Below are positions 1 to 7,895 of a DNA stretch of 57,725 nucleotides, one piece after another (the first letter of the stretch is position 1; every line of letters starts with the position of its first letter). A program made the position numbers and the translations under genes. This stretch comes from a virus. Its lineage: Duplodnaviria > Caudoviricetes. The stretch is from IMG/VR virus record IMGVR_UViG_3300034064_000874, positions 1 to 57,725 of that record. One strand, written 5' to 3'. Below the pieces are notes generated by a model that was not told the origin of the DNA, ran no database searches, and was given only the letters and a program-made list of their open reading frames with translations.

Positions 1-4
1 TGAA

Positions 5-286
5 ATGGCTGAGGAGCTGCCAGCTGAACAGTTCCTCAGTTACTTGGACCCGGAAGACGTAATGAAGCTGTTCACAACGGCGCTTGAGGACAGGTCGCCG
101 CAATGTTTGAAGCGGGAATTGATTGAGATGGCGCTTCACGTCAACGACAAGTGGGACGACGAGATCCGTCAGGAAAAAGACGACTACGCGGACTTCATGA
201 CAGACGCCCACGGAGTCGACCGCTTCGGTTCAGCCCAGGCCGGTCACTTGGCTTGGCATGCAGAGAAAGCAAGGAGGGCAGCATGA
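5..286 (+). CDS. Hypothetical phage protein
   Basis: 93-aa ORF whose stop overlaps the next ATG (ATGA). Confidence 0.6.
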   Translation: MAEELPAEQFLSYLDPEDVMKLFTTALEDRSPQCLKRELIEMALHVNDKWDDEIRQEKDDYADFMTDAHGVDRFGSAQAGHLAWHAEKARRAA

Positions 287-462
287 GCGCACAAGCAATA
301 ACCACCAACCTGGATAAAGCCGTTTTTGAGGCTCAGACATTTTTCTCAAAATACCTGGCTGATATTCAAACCATCATTGATCAGTACAAGCAAGAAACTG
401 ATCAAGCCACCATTGCCCGTATGGCGCATGAGATTAAGGCATTGAGAGAAAAGAATGGCTGA
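283..462 (+). CDS. Hypothetical protein (MSAQAITT..., 59 aa)
   Basis: AAGGAGG RBS before ATG 283; coupled to the upstream gene. Confidence 0.65.
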   Translation: MSAQAITTNLDKAVFEAQTFFSKYLADIQTIIDQYKQETDQATIARMAHEIKALREKNG

Positions 463-625
463 GATTTTTACGGCACTGGCAATCCTGGCTTTCGTGATTG
501 GTTTTTTTAACCTACTCGAAAGCTGGCACGACTTGGAGATACCCAATGAAGACGAAGAACAACCAAGCTCAGGACTTGATTCGCGAGATCGAGGAACTGA
601 TCTGGATCTGCAGGGAAAAGATTAA
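455..625 (+). CDS. Small protein with N-terminal hydrophobic helix (MAEIFTALAILAFVIGFF...)
   Basis: Read manually; 56 aa; overlaps the upstream stop. Confidence 0.45.
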   Translation: MAEIFTALAILAFVIGFFNLLESWHDLEIPNEDEEQPSSGLDSRDRGTDLDLQGKD

Positions 626-671
626 CCGAGAAATTGCCGCGAGGAAGAAAGCAAAACAATTGACCGTTTAG
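546..671 (+). CDS. Small basic protein (MKTKNNQAQDLIREIEELIWIC...)
   Basis: Read manually; GGAG RBS upstream; 41 aa. Confidence 0.45.
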   Translation: MKTKNNQAQDLIREIEELIWICREKINREIAARKKAKQLTV

Positions 672-783
672 TCCATGGGCCCAGCAGTGGGTGGCGAGTA
701 ACCCCTGAGCCCGAACAGTCAGCCGTAAAAGTCTTGCACTCCGCGGAATTGGTGGGTCGGGCAAACCTAATTTAACTACAGAG

Positions 784-1569
784 ATGATGAATATGAGCAC
801 TGCATTAACAACATTGACCAATCAACTTGCCGGAAAACTCAACATGGGTGACGGCAGTCAGCTGATTGACACCCTCAAAGCTACCGCATTCAAGGGCCAA
901 GTTTCTGACGCGCAAATGACCGCTTTGATGGTCGTGGCTAATCAATATGGACTGAACCCATGGACCAAGGAAATTTACGCTTTTCCGGATCGGAATAACG
1001 GGATTGTGCCGGTTGTGGGTGTCGACGGATGGTCTCGGATCATCAACGAGCAACCGCAATTTGACGGCATGGAGTTCCAGCAGGACGACGAATCCTGCAC
1101 TTGCATCATCTACCGCAAGGATCGCGGCCACCCAGTCAAGGTAACCGAATACATGGCGGAATGTCGTCGAGATGGACAAGGTCCGTGGAAATCACACCCG
1201 CGGCGGATGCTGCGCCACAAGGCACTTATCCAGTGCGCCCGCTTGGCATTCGGCTACACCGGCATTTATGACCAGGACGAGGCAGAGCGCATTGTCGATG
1301 CCGAGAAAAATGTCACGCCGGGACGCGCCTCAGCGACAGAGATTGCCGAAACCGCCCGCCAGACGAACCTAGAGGACTCACCAGAGCGAAAGAATCTGAT
1401 CCTGGACCTGGAGTCGGTCGCTCAGAGTGAAGGCATTGACGCTTACGAGAAAGCCTTCAGCGAACTGACTAAAGCACAAAGAAAAATGCTGGGCGCCGAA
1501 GAACACAGCCGGCTGAAGGCCATCGCGCAAAACCACAACGTCATCGAAGCGGAGGTCGCGTATGGCTGA
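784..1569 (+). CDS. bet: Bet/RecT single-strand annealing recombinase
   Basis: ANQYGLNPWTKEIYAFP, GIVPVVGVDGWSRIIN and W.SHP.RMLRHKALIQCARLAFG motifs of lambda Bet. Confidence 0.95.
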   Translation: MMNMSTALTTLTNQLAGKLNMGDGSQLIDTLKATAFKGQVSDAQMTALMVVANQYGLNPWTKEIYAFPDRNNGIVPVVGVDGWSRIINEQPQFDGMEFQQDDESCTCIIYRKDRGHPVKVTEYMAECRRDGQGPWKSHPRRMLRHKALIQCARLAFGYTGIYDQDEAERIVDAEKNVTPGRASATEIAETARQTNLEDSPERKNLILDLESVAQSEGIDAYEKAFSELTKAQRKMLGAEEHSRLKAIAQNHNVIEAEVAYG

Positions 1570-2203
1570 ACAAGGTTCACAGGAATGGCTGAAAGCGAGA
1601 GCCGGCAAATGGACTGGATCCAAGTTTGCCGACCTGTTTGCGGTCAGCAAGAAAGACGGCAAGCCGCTGAAGGCCTATGACGACCTGATCTGGAAAGTCG
1701 TGGTGGAGCGGATGACCGGAATGCCCGTGGAATCCGCCAGGGCCCCGGCGCTGCAATGGGGCAAGGACGTCGAGCCCTACGCCCGGGAAGCCTACGAGCT
1801 TGAGACCGGCAACCTGGTGGTCGAGACCGACTTCATCCTGCACCCGCAGCATCCCTTCGTCGGCGCATCACCGGATGGCTTGATTGGCGCCGACAAAGGC
1901 CTGGAGCTGAAGTGCCCGAAAGATCCTGCGATTCACCTTGCTAGGTTTATCACCGGCTTGCCCGCTGAGTACATCCCGCAGATCCAGGGCTGCATGTGGG
2001 TCACGGGCAGATCGTCATGGGACTTCGTGTCCTACGACCCACGCATGCCGGAATCGCATCGCTTGCTGCTGATCACCGTTGATCGCGATGACGACTACAT
2101 CCAGAAGCTGGAAGTTGCCGTTCTGGAAGCTGAGCAAAAAGCCCAGGCACTGTACGACCAACTCATCACTATTGATTACATCAACCATAAAGAGGCCGCT
2201 TAA
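1562..2203 (+). CDS. exo: YqaJ/lambda-exonuclease family protein
   Basis: QGSQEWLKAR, GASPDGL and ELKCP motifs; adjacent to Bet. Confidence 0.93.
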   Translation: MAEQGSQEWLKARAGKWTGSKFADLFAVSKKDGKPLKAYDDLIWKVVVERMTGMPVESARAPALQWGKDVEPYAREAYELETGNLVVETDFILHPQHPFVGASPDGLIGADKGLELKCPKDPAIHLARFITGLPAEYIPQIQGCMWVTGRSSWDFVSYDPRMPESHRLLLITVDRDDDYIQKLEVAVLEAEQKAQALYDQLITIDYINHKEAA

Positions 2204-2619
2204 TGAAGAGCTTAAATCGCTGGGCTGGTATTGGGAGACTGGGACAAGACCCAGAAACACGAACAACTCCAAACGGACAGATTGTTTGCAACATATCTAT
2301 TGCTTGTCAGGATGACTACAAAGATCAGTCCGGAAATAAGGTTGAGAGAACCGATTGGGTGAGCCTGGTTATTTGGGGGCAACAAGCCGAAACATTTTGT
2401 AAATATACCCGGAAAGGGTCGAATATTTATGCGGAAGGAAAACTGAGCACGAGAAAATTTCAGGACAAGAACGGCAATGATCAATACAGGACAGACATTG
2501 TAGTGAGTGGGTATCAGTTTCTCGACGGAAAATCCGATTCACGCCCAGCAAGCGCGGCACCATCACAGCCGACGCACAAAGCTGAAGAGCCTGCTTTCGA
2601 CGACGACATCCCCTTTTGA
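2203..2619 (+). CDS. ssb: Single-stranded DNA-binding protein
   Basis: GRLGQDPE OB-fold start and C-terminal FDDDIPF. Confidence 0.96.
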   Translation: MKSLNRWAGIGRLGQDPETRTTPNGQIVCNISIACQDDYKDQSGNKVERTDWVSLVIWGQQAETFCKYTRKGSNIYAEGKLSTRKFQDKNGNDQYRTDIVVSGYQFLDGKSDSRPASAAPSQPTHKAEEPAFDDDIPF

Positions 2620-2620
2620 T

Positions 2621-3061
2621 ATGGCCATTTTCAAAGGCTTTTTTCGCCGCGATGACGGCGCCCAGATACCACTATTCGAGGAACCTATGAACCAGATTGA
2701 TATGCACCTGACGCCACGCAGCATGTTGACCCACAACCAGATGATCAAGCTAGTGATCTGGCTGAAGGAAAACATCGAAGCAGTCCACGGGCTGCCCTAT
2801 AGAAAGATCGCTGAAATAGCCTCGGCCGGCGTCGGCTTCCCAGTCACCATCAGCAATTTGTACGGCGCAGAAAAGGCTGGCGAGATGGAGTTACCGATTG
2901 CCAGCCGGGTAAATCCTCCGTCCACAAAGACGCCCACCCGCGATGAGCGAATTGCGGATCTGGACGCTCGGGTAAAAGTGCTTGAAGAGCTGCTACTGAA
3001 CCACGTAGCCGGGCATCCGACAGGAATTCATTCAAGATTCGACGGCATGATCGCCGCCTGA
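2621..3061 (+). CDS. Hypothetical protein
   Basis: ATG directly after the ssb stop; 146 aa. Confidence 0.6.
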   Translation: MAIFKGFFRRDDGAQIPLFEEPMNQIDMHLTPRSMLTHNQMIKLVIWLKENIEAVHGLPYRKIAEIASAGVGFPVTISNLYGAEKAGEMELPIASRVNPPSTKTPTRDERIADLDARVKVLEELLLNHVAGHPTGIHSRFDGMIAA

Positions 3062-3072
3062 TATTAAAGGCA

Positions 3073-3456
3073 ATGAGCTTTGGTATGAGCGAGAAAAGTG
3101 ATGGCCCTGAAGTCACTTCAAAGGCTGAAGATCTTCTGCCGTGCCCATTCTGTGGAACCACAGAATTACTATCGGTTGAAGAAATCAGTCGAACCGACAG
3201 GGCCACATTCAATAAAAACGGAGTTCGTCGCAAACGCGCAGACATATCACATCGGGTTGTCTGCTACGAGTGTGGGGCTACGGGGCGTAGCAGCATATAT
3301 TTCCTAGAGCAAATAGAGCTTAGAGAGATAGATATTACTGACTCATTTGATACGGCAAAGCTCTATTGGAACACTCGAGCGCCAATCAGCAACCGAGTGT
3401 TTTCGCTGATAAATAAAATGATCGCTGACGCATTCAAGATTGTCGATGAGAGGTGA
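3073..3456 (+). CDS. Lar-like restriction alleviation zinc-finger protein
   Basis: LLPCPFCG...VVCYECGATG...WNTR pattern. Confidence 0.7.
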   Translation: MSFGMSEKSDGPEVTSKAEDLLPCPFCGTTELLSVEEISRTDRATFNKNGVRRKRADISHRVVCYECGATGRSSIYFLEQIELREIDITDSFDTAKLYWNTRAPISNRVFSLINKMIADAFKIVDER

Positions 3457-3504
3457 TGACACAAGGCCGCGTCAGGCTGTGCTAATAAGGAGAGCGACCA
3501 GGTA

Positions 3505-3993
3505 ATGAACGCGAAGAAGTTTGAAAGCACATACAACGGATTAACGTCAGTGGCCAAAAAAGTCTTTGACGCAACCCCGATTTCTGAGCCTTGGTCAATC
3601 AGCAACATTGTCACTGAGTTGGCGCGCAACGGATCTCATCAAGAACATCGCGTAGTGATGGGAGCCATGCGCGATTTGTGTGGGCGAAAGTTGGCTTATG
3701 AGGTGAGCGCTGGAATGTTCAGGCGCGTGAAAGTTGAGGGGAGGCCTACAAAACCATCGGAGATAAAAGTGGCAGAGCAAAGAACCAAAACAGCAGACGT
3801 AGTTTCAATCAAGCTGCCAGCAACCAAAAAAGGGCCAATGGAGCTTTTAGCCGAATTAGCCACAAAGGCACGACAGTTTGCAGAAGAACTCGATAACGCG
3901 GCGCTGGAGATTGATCAAGAGTTTCAGAACAGCGAAGCCAAGTCAGAAAAACTCAAGCAGCTACAGACACTGCTGAAAAACATCGCTGAATAA
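3505..3993 (+). CDS. Hypothetical protein (possible winged helix plus coiled coil)
   Basis: AAGGAG upstream; 162 aa. Confidence 0.7.
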   Translation: MNAKKFESTYNGLTSVAKKVFDATPISEPWSISNIVTELARNGSHQEHRVVMGAMRDLCGRKLAYEVSAGMFRRVKVEGRPTKPSEIKVAEQRTKTADVVSIKLPATKKGPMELLAELATKARQFAEELDNAALEIDQEFQNSEAKSEKLKQLQTLLKNIAE

Positions 3994-4004
3994 AATAGGT
4001 CAGT

Positions 4005-4274
4005 GTGATCAAGATTTTTGGACGGTGGTATATGGCAGAAAAACAAGAGCTGGTCACCTATGGCCAGAGATTCAATCGACTGACGGTCATTGGTGAAATT
4101 GATCGCTCTAATCCAAATGCGCCAAGGGTCGTCGTTAAGTGTGATTGCGGGGTAAAGAAGTCTGTCATCATCAATCAGATGAAAAACGGCAGAACAAAGA
4201 GCTGCGGATGCCTCAACAAGGAAAGGATCCGCGCAGTCAGCAATTTATCCTGGAATAGGAAACACAACCGATGA
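4005..4274 (+). CDS. Stand-alone Cys-rich domain like the N-terminus of phage HNH/AP2 endonucleases
   Basis: GQRFNRLTV...KCDCG...GRTKSCGC. Confidence 0.75.
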   Translation: MIKIFGRWYMAEKQELVTYGQRFNRLTVIGEIDRSNPNAPRVVVKCDCGVKKSVIINQMKNGRTKSCGCLNKERIRAVSNLSWNRKHNR

Positions 4275-5251
4275 TTGAAAAATTTATCCTGCATGGCGAC
4301 GCCACATACAACCTAGCGCCTTTTGCCTTCCCTTGGTCATTTGATATGGCTCAGAAGAGCATCGCAAACCACTGGACTCCACAGGAAATCGGCATGGGCC
4401 GCGACCGTGCCTGCTTTGAGCAGGAGTTAACCCAGGATGAACGCCATCTATTCACTTATGTGTTCGCCAGCTTAACCACAGCTGACTTTGCTGCAGCAGG
4501 AAATCTGGTTGAGCAGGTATTCAGCAAGCTGAAGGCCGCAGAACTCAGAATGTATGTCGGCCGACAGATTGCCGAAGAGACCATTCACTCGATGAGCTAT
4601 CAGCATATTCTCGAAGTGCTGAGCCTGGATCCTATTGACGTGTACACCTTGTATCGCAGGGTTCCAGAAATCAATGACTGGTTTGAATATTCGGCCAAGC
4701 AGAATTCATTTCAGCAGGGTGACGCCATCCTGCCGCTGATCTATTGGTATGGGCTGTATGAGGGCGTGTTCTTTATGTGCGCATTTGCAGCCATTTTGAG
4801 TCTCCAGCGCAGAAACTTGATGACCGGAACGGGTCAGCAAATTTCGTACATCATGCGTGATGAGGCCCTGCACACGGCATTCGGCATGAAACTGGTGAAT
4901 GAGATATTCAAGGAGACTGGAGGTCGTCCGACTCCAGAAACGGTCCACCAGTTATTTGCGCAGGCCATGGCCAAAATTGATGCCTGGACGGATCGCTGTA
5001 TACCCACCGTGCTTGGATATAACGCCGATCTTCATAAACAGCACTGCCGATACCTAGCAGACCGCAGGTTGCGCCAGCTTGGGTATGAGCCCATGTATCA
5101 CGTAGCAGAAGCGCTGCCGTGGCTGGACGAGCAAGTCAGCCTCAAGAAAGAAACCAATTTCTTTGAAGGCCGGGTCACCGAATATCAATCAGGAGTTGGG
5201 CTTGATTTTTCTGGCGCCGGCAGCCTGAACGAAATTACTAACTGGAAATAA
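4271..5251 (+). CDS. nrdB: Class I ribonucleotide reductase beta (R2) subunit
   Basis: NHWTPQEI; ligands D (TTAD), EETIH with radical Tyr (HSMSY), E (YEGVFF) and RDEALH; tail NFFEGRVTEYQ. Confidence 0.93.
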   Translation: MIEKFILHGDATYNLAPFAFPWSFDMAQKSIANHWTPQEIGMGRDRACFEQELTQDERHLFTYVFASLTTADFAAAGNLVEQVFSKLKAAELRMYVGRQIAEETIHSMSYQHILEVLSLDPIDVYTLYRRVPEINDWFEYSAKQNSFQQGDAILPLIYWYGLYEGVFFMCAFAAILSLQRRNLMTGTGQQISYIMRDEALHTAFGMKLVNEIFKETGGRPTPETVHQLFAQAMAKIDAWTDRCIPTVLGYNADLHKQHCRYLADRRLRQLGYEPMYHVAEALPWLDEQVSLKKETNFFEGRVTEYQSGVGLDFSGAGSLNEITNWK

Positions 5252-5511
5252 TGATGACCAACTTCGATGAACTGATCGGAAAAACCTACGGGAGATGGAC
5301 GGTGCTTGGCGGAGAGCGCAGGCAATCCACCCGCCCCAAGGCGGCCAGGCAGACCCTGTGCAAGTGCGAATGTGGCACCCGGCGCTGGGTCAGCGTCTCT
5401 GCCCTCAGGATCGGCAAGAGCACCAGCTGCGGCTGCAAGAGCAAAGAAGCTCACACCAAGATGCTGCAGCGCTATGCCCCGCTCCCCAGCTCATTCACGG
5501 AGGCCGCATGA
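5251..5511 (+). CDS. Second stand-alone Cys-rich HNH-N-terminus-like domain
   Basis: GKTYGRWTV...CKCECG...GKSTSCGC. Confidence 0.75.
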   Translation: MMTNFDELIGKTYGRWTVLGGERRQSTRPKAARQTLCKCECGTRRWVSVSALRIGKSTSCGCKSKEAHTKMLQRYAPLPSSFTEAA

Positions 5512-5690
5512 AAGTGGGTGAAGCATTTCCGGACGAAAACCTACGCGACGAGTTTGCCGCACTGGCATTAAAGGAGATCCTGCGGGCAGGGCTGCAAAAG
5601 CCATTGCTTTTCCTCGGCGATAAAACCGAGGTTGCCGAAGAAGCATACGGGTTTGCGGACGCGATGATGAAAGCGAGGCTGAAAAGATGA
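5508..5690 (+). CDS. Conserved small phage protein
   Basis: LRDEFAALA...AYGFADAMMKAR motif; GGAGG RBS. Confidence 0.7.
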   Translation: MKVGEAFPDENLRDEFAALALKEILRAGLQKPLLFLGDKTEVAEEAYGFADAMMKARLKR

Positions 5691-5896
5691 TTGACTGGTC
5701 AACCTTGGTCGCTAATTTCCAGAAAGCGCATATCGGAGTCGCTGATCTGGCCAATATAGCCGCCGTCACGCAGCGAGAGATCGCGGATCTGCTACACGGG
5801 AGAATCCTGGAGCCGTCATTTTCTTCTGGACTGAAGCTGCTCGACGCTCACCTTGACAGGTTTCCAGAGAAGCATCAGCAGCTGAAAGAGGAATAG
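5687..5896 (+). CDS. Cro-like HTH protein
   Basis: ADLANIAAVTQREIADLLHGRILEPSFSSGLKLL. Confidence 0.55.
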   Translation: MIDWSTLVANFQKAHIGVADLANIAAVTQREIADLLHGRILEPSFSSGLKLLDAHLDRFPEKHQQLKEE

Positions 5897-5898
5897 AC

Positions 5899-6054
5899 GT
5901 GGAATCAGTAATCGGAAAGTTATTGCCCTTTGTACAGTTTGCTTTCGGTGGTTACGTCGTAACAGTGGTGCTCGGCACCCTCTTCTTTGTGGCCGTCGCA
6001 GTATGGGTGGTCAAAGGGCTAAGGGATATCGACAAACCGTTTGACAAGTTTTGA
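5899..6054 (+). CDS. Small membrane protein (51 aa)
   Basis: Read manually: GTG start after GAGGA; MESVIGKLLPFVQFAFGGYVVTVVLGTLFFVAVAVWVVKGLRD... Confidence 0.65.
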   Translation: MESVIGKLLPFVQFAFGGYVVTVVLGTLFFVAVAVWVVKGLRDIDKPFDKF

Positions 6055-6059
6055 GTTAC

Positions 6060-6340
6060 GGGTGCGGGAACCATTCTGGTTATTTATCCAGGGGCTCATT
6101 AAAACGACCGCACCCACCCACTATGGCCGGAATTTATTAACTCAAGCCTGCGACACAGAGCCTGTTAGTGAAGTACATCCGGCCACCTTGCGCATCAGGC
6201 CGCTTGTGAAGTATCGCTGGAGCCTGACACCCGCCAGAGTGATATCTGGCACCCATTACGACGCGCATCAGGATCAGCCGGCTGTGGCCACAGTATAGGG
6301 TAACGGCTGTTAGCGGGATTACCGGCTCCCGCCCGCGTCA
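6060..6340 (+). ncRNA. Putative structured RNA: five tandem stem-loops
   Basis: Closing stems GGGTGCGG/CCGCACCC, TGGCCGGA/TCCGGCCA, TCAGGC/GCCTGA, GCCAGA/TCTGGC and GACGCG/CGCGTC in a non-coding gap. Confidence 0.5.
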
Positions 6341-6462
6341 CCCAATTAAGATAAAAACTTTTACCTTAACGAACTAATCGCACTGATTAGTGCAAGTACG
6401 AAATGCTTATGCCGAAGTTATCGTCATTAACAGAAGTCTATATAAATGAACAGGAGAGCGAA

Positions 6463-6672
6463 ATGAGATGCCCAATCTGCGGAAGCAAAGAATGCTGCGG
6501 CGGTGACGTTGCCCAGCAAGTCGAACGGCTGGAAAAGGAAAAGGCAGAACTGATCGAGAAGGCAGAAGCGGTGATTGAAGCGGCGGAAAGACACGGAAAT
6601 GTTGGATGCGCAGATCGCCAAATGGTGTGTCTGCAGGCAGCGGTTGAGCGAGCAAATGAGGTTGATCGATGA
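6463..6672 (+). CDS. Small zinc-finger/coiled-coil protein (MRCPICGSKECC...)
   Basis: CAGGAG RBS before ATG 6463. Confidence 0.65.
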   Translation: MRCPICGSKECCGGDVAQQVERLEKEKAELIEKAEAVIEAAERHGNVGCADRQMVCLQAAVERANEVDR

Positions 6673-6872
6673 CATTTGGAGAGTGGCTGGAGACAGAGCC
6701 AATGACAGGAAACACGAACGCCGAATACATCAGCGCGTGGTTAGGATGGATGGCTGGACAAAATGCGGAACGGGCGCGGATTAAGCAGATCATTGAGGAA
6801 GTCGGCAGGCAAGGCAATCACGATAAGTGGTTTGACTGTGCTGACGCTATCGCGGGGGGGATTGAGGAATGA
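6669..6872 (+). CDS. Hypothetical protein
   Basis: ATGA coupling; GAGG RBS. Confidence 0.6.
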   Translation: MTFGEWLETEPMTGNTNAEYISAWLGWMAGQNAERARIKQIIEEVGRQGNHDKWFDCADAIAGGIEE

Positions 6873-7042
6873 TCTGCTACCGCGACCAATGCTACTGCGC
6901 GTCTGACTGCACCAACCGCGAATGCGTCCGGTATCTATCCGACGAAGTAAAGGTTCGCGCCAACGAAGTCGGATTGCCGATTTCGACGGCGGATTTTAGT
7001 GGCGAGTGCAATTATTATCAGACGGAGAAAACCAATGGATGA
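6869..7042 (+). CDS. Cys-rich small protein (MICYRDQCYCASDCTNREC..., 57 aa)
   Basis: Read manually; ATGA coupling. Confidence 0.6.
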   Translation: MICYRDQCYCASDCTNRECVRYLSDEVKVRANEVGLPISTADFSGECNYYQTEKTNG

Positions 7043-7193
7043 ACTAGCGTTACTTCGCCTGAGAATCCAGGCGCTGGAAGAAGAAAACCGGCTGCTAAAA
7101 AAGACTCTGGTGGTCAAGGATGTCGAGCAGGAAGAATGCGAGTGCGGAACGCCTCACCGACTTTATGTGATGGGTCCGTTAAGTGAAGAATGA
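7035..7193 (+). CDS. Hypothetical protein (MDELALLRLRIQALEEEN...)
   Basis: GGAG RBS before ATG 7035. Confidence 0.55.
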   Translation: MDELALLRLRIQALEEENRLLKKTLVVKDVEQEECECGTPHRLYVMGPLSEE

Positions 7194-7422
7194 CATCCAC
7201 TTAAAAGTGTCTCAGCAGCTACTCAAAGTTTTTCTTGATGCCGACCTGCACTATCAGCTGAACGGCACGCCCCACCACATCTACTTGGATCGGCAATCGA
7301 AATGCTATCTCGGGCAGGCACGGAGAATAATCACTCAAGTCGCCGCACTTGGACCGAAAGCAAAGATTTGGATGGATCACTTCATTAAGGAAATGAGCGA
7401 TGACGCAGAAGTATGTCGCTGA
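7183..7422 (+). CDS. Hypothetical protein
   Basis: 79-aa ORF packed in the operon. Confidence 0.5.
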   Translation: MKNDIHLKVSQQLLKVFLDADLHYQLNGTPHHIYLDRQSKCYLGQARRIITQVAALGPKAKIWMDHFIKEMSDDAEVCR

Positions 7423-7630
7423 GCTGGGGCCAATTCCGCGCTTGATCGTGGACGAGAAGCCGCCATTGGCCAGCAAGGTTTGGTTGATCACCCGGTTCGG
7501 AAATGGGTTCGCCGGATGCTACGACAAGAACGACATAACTGTAGTGGCGTGGTCGCCATTGCCGAAGCTGACGCCAGAACAGAAGCAACGATTGGCAGAG
7601 ATGGACCATGGAACCCCTGCTCACTCCTAA
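7400..7630 (+). CDS. Hypothetical protein
   Basis: AAGGA RBS; C-terminal VAWSPLPK motif common in small phage proteins. Confidence 0.6.
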   Translation: MTQKYVAELGPIPRLIVDEKPPLASKVWLITRFGNGFAGCYDKNDITVVAWSPLPKLTPEQKQRLAEMDHGTPAHS

Positions 7631-7895
7631 GGAAGTCGCTGAGTTTCTGCGCGTGTCACCAGCGACTGTGCGTGACTTGGCGAAGCGCGGAGAAATCCCC
7701 AGCGTTCGCCTTGGGGCGCTGTTTCGCTTTTCACGACCGGCCCTAATGCGGTATTTTGACGAGGCCGGGCAAGGCCAGGAGACAAGCACATGTCAGACCA
7801 TGGCATCTATAAAAGGCCGGACTCCCGCTACTGGTGGGCGGCCTACGCCGACGCCAGCGGCAAAGCGACTCGCCGCTCTACTGGGGTCCGAATAG
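7608..7895 (+). CDS. xis: Excisionase (MerR-type HTH)
   Basis: LLTPKEVAEFLRVSPATVRDLAKRGEIPSVRLG; immediately upstream of and overlapping int. Confidence 0.8.
   Translation: MEPLLTPKEVAEFLRVSPATVRDLAKRGEIPSVRLGALFRFSRPALMRYFDEAGQGQETSTCQTMASIKGRTPATGGRPTPTPAAKRLAALLGSE

Noticed and set aside
6260-6340. Possible tRNA gene
   Set aside because: Cloverleaf-like, but no GTTCRA T-loop, D-loop GG or 7-nt anticodon loop; kept only as a structured RNA candidate
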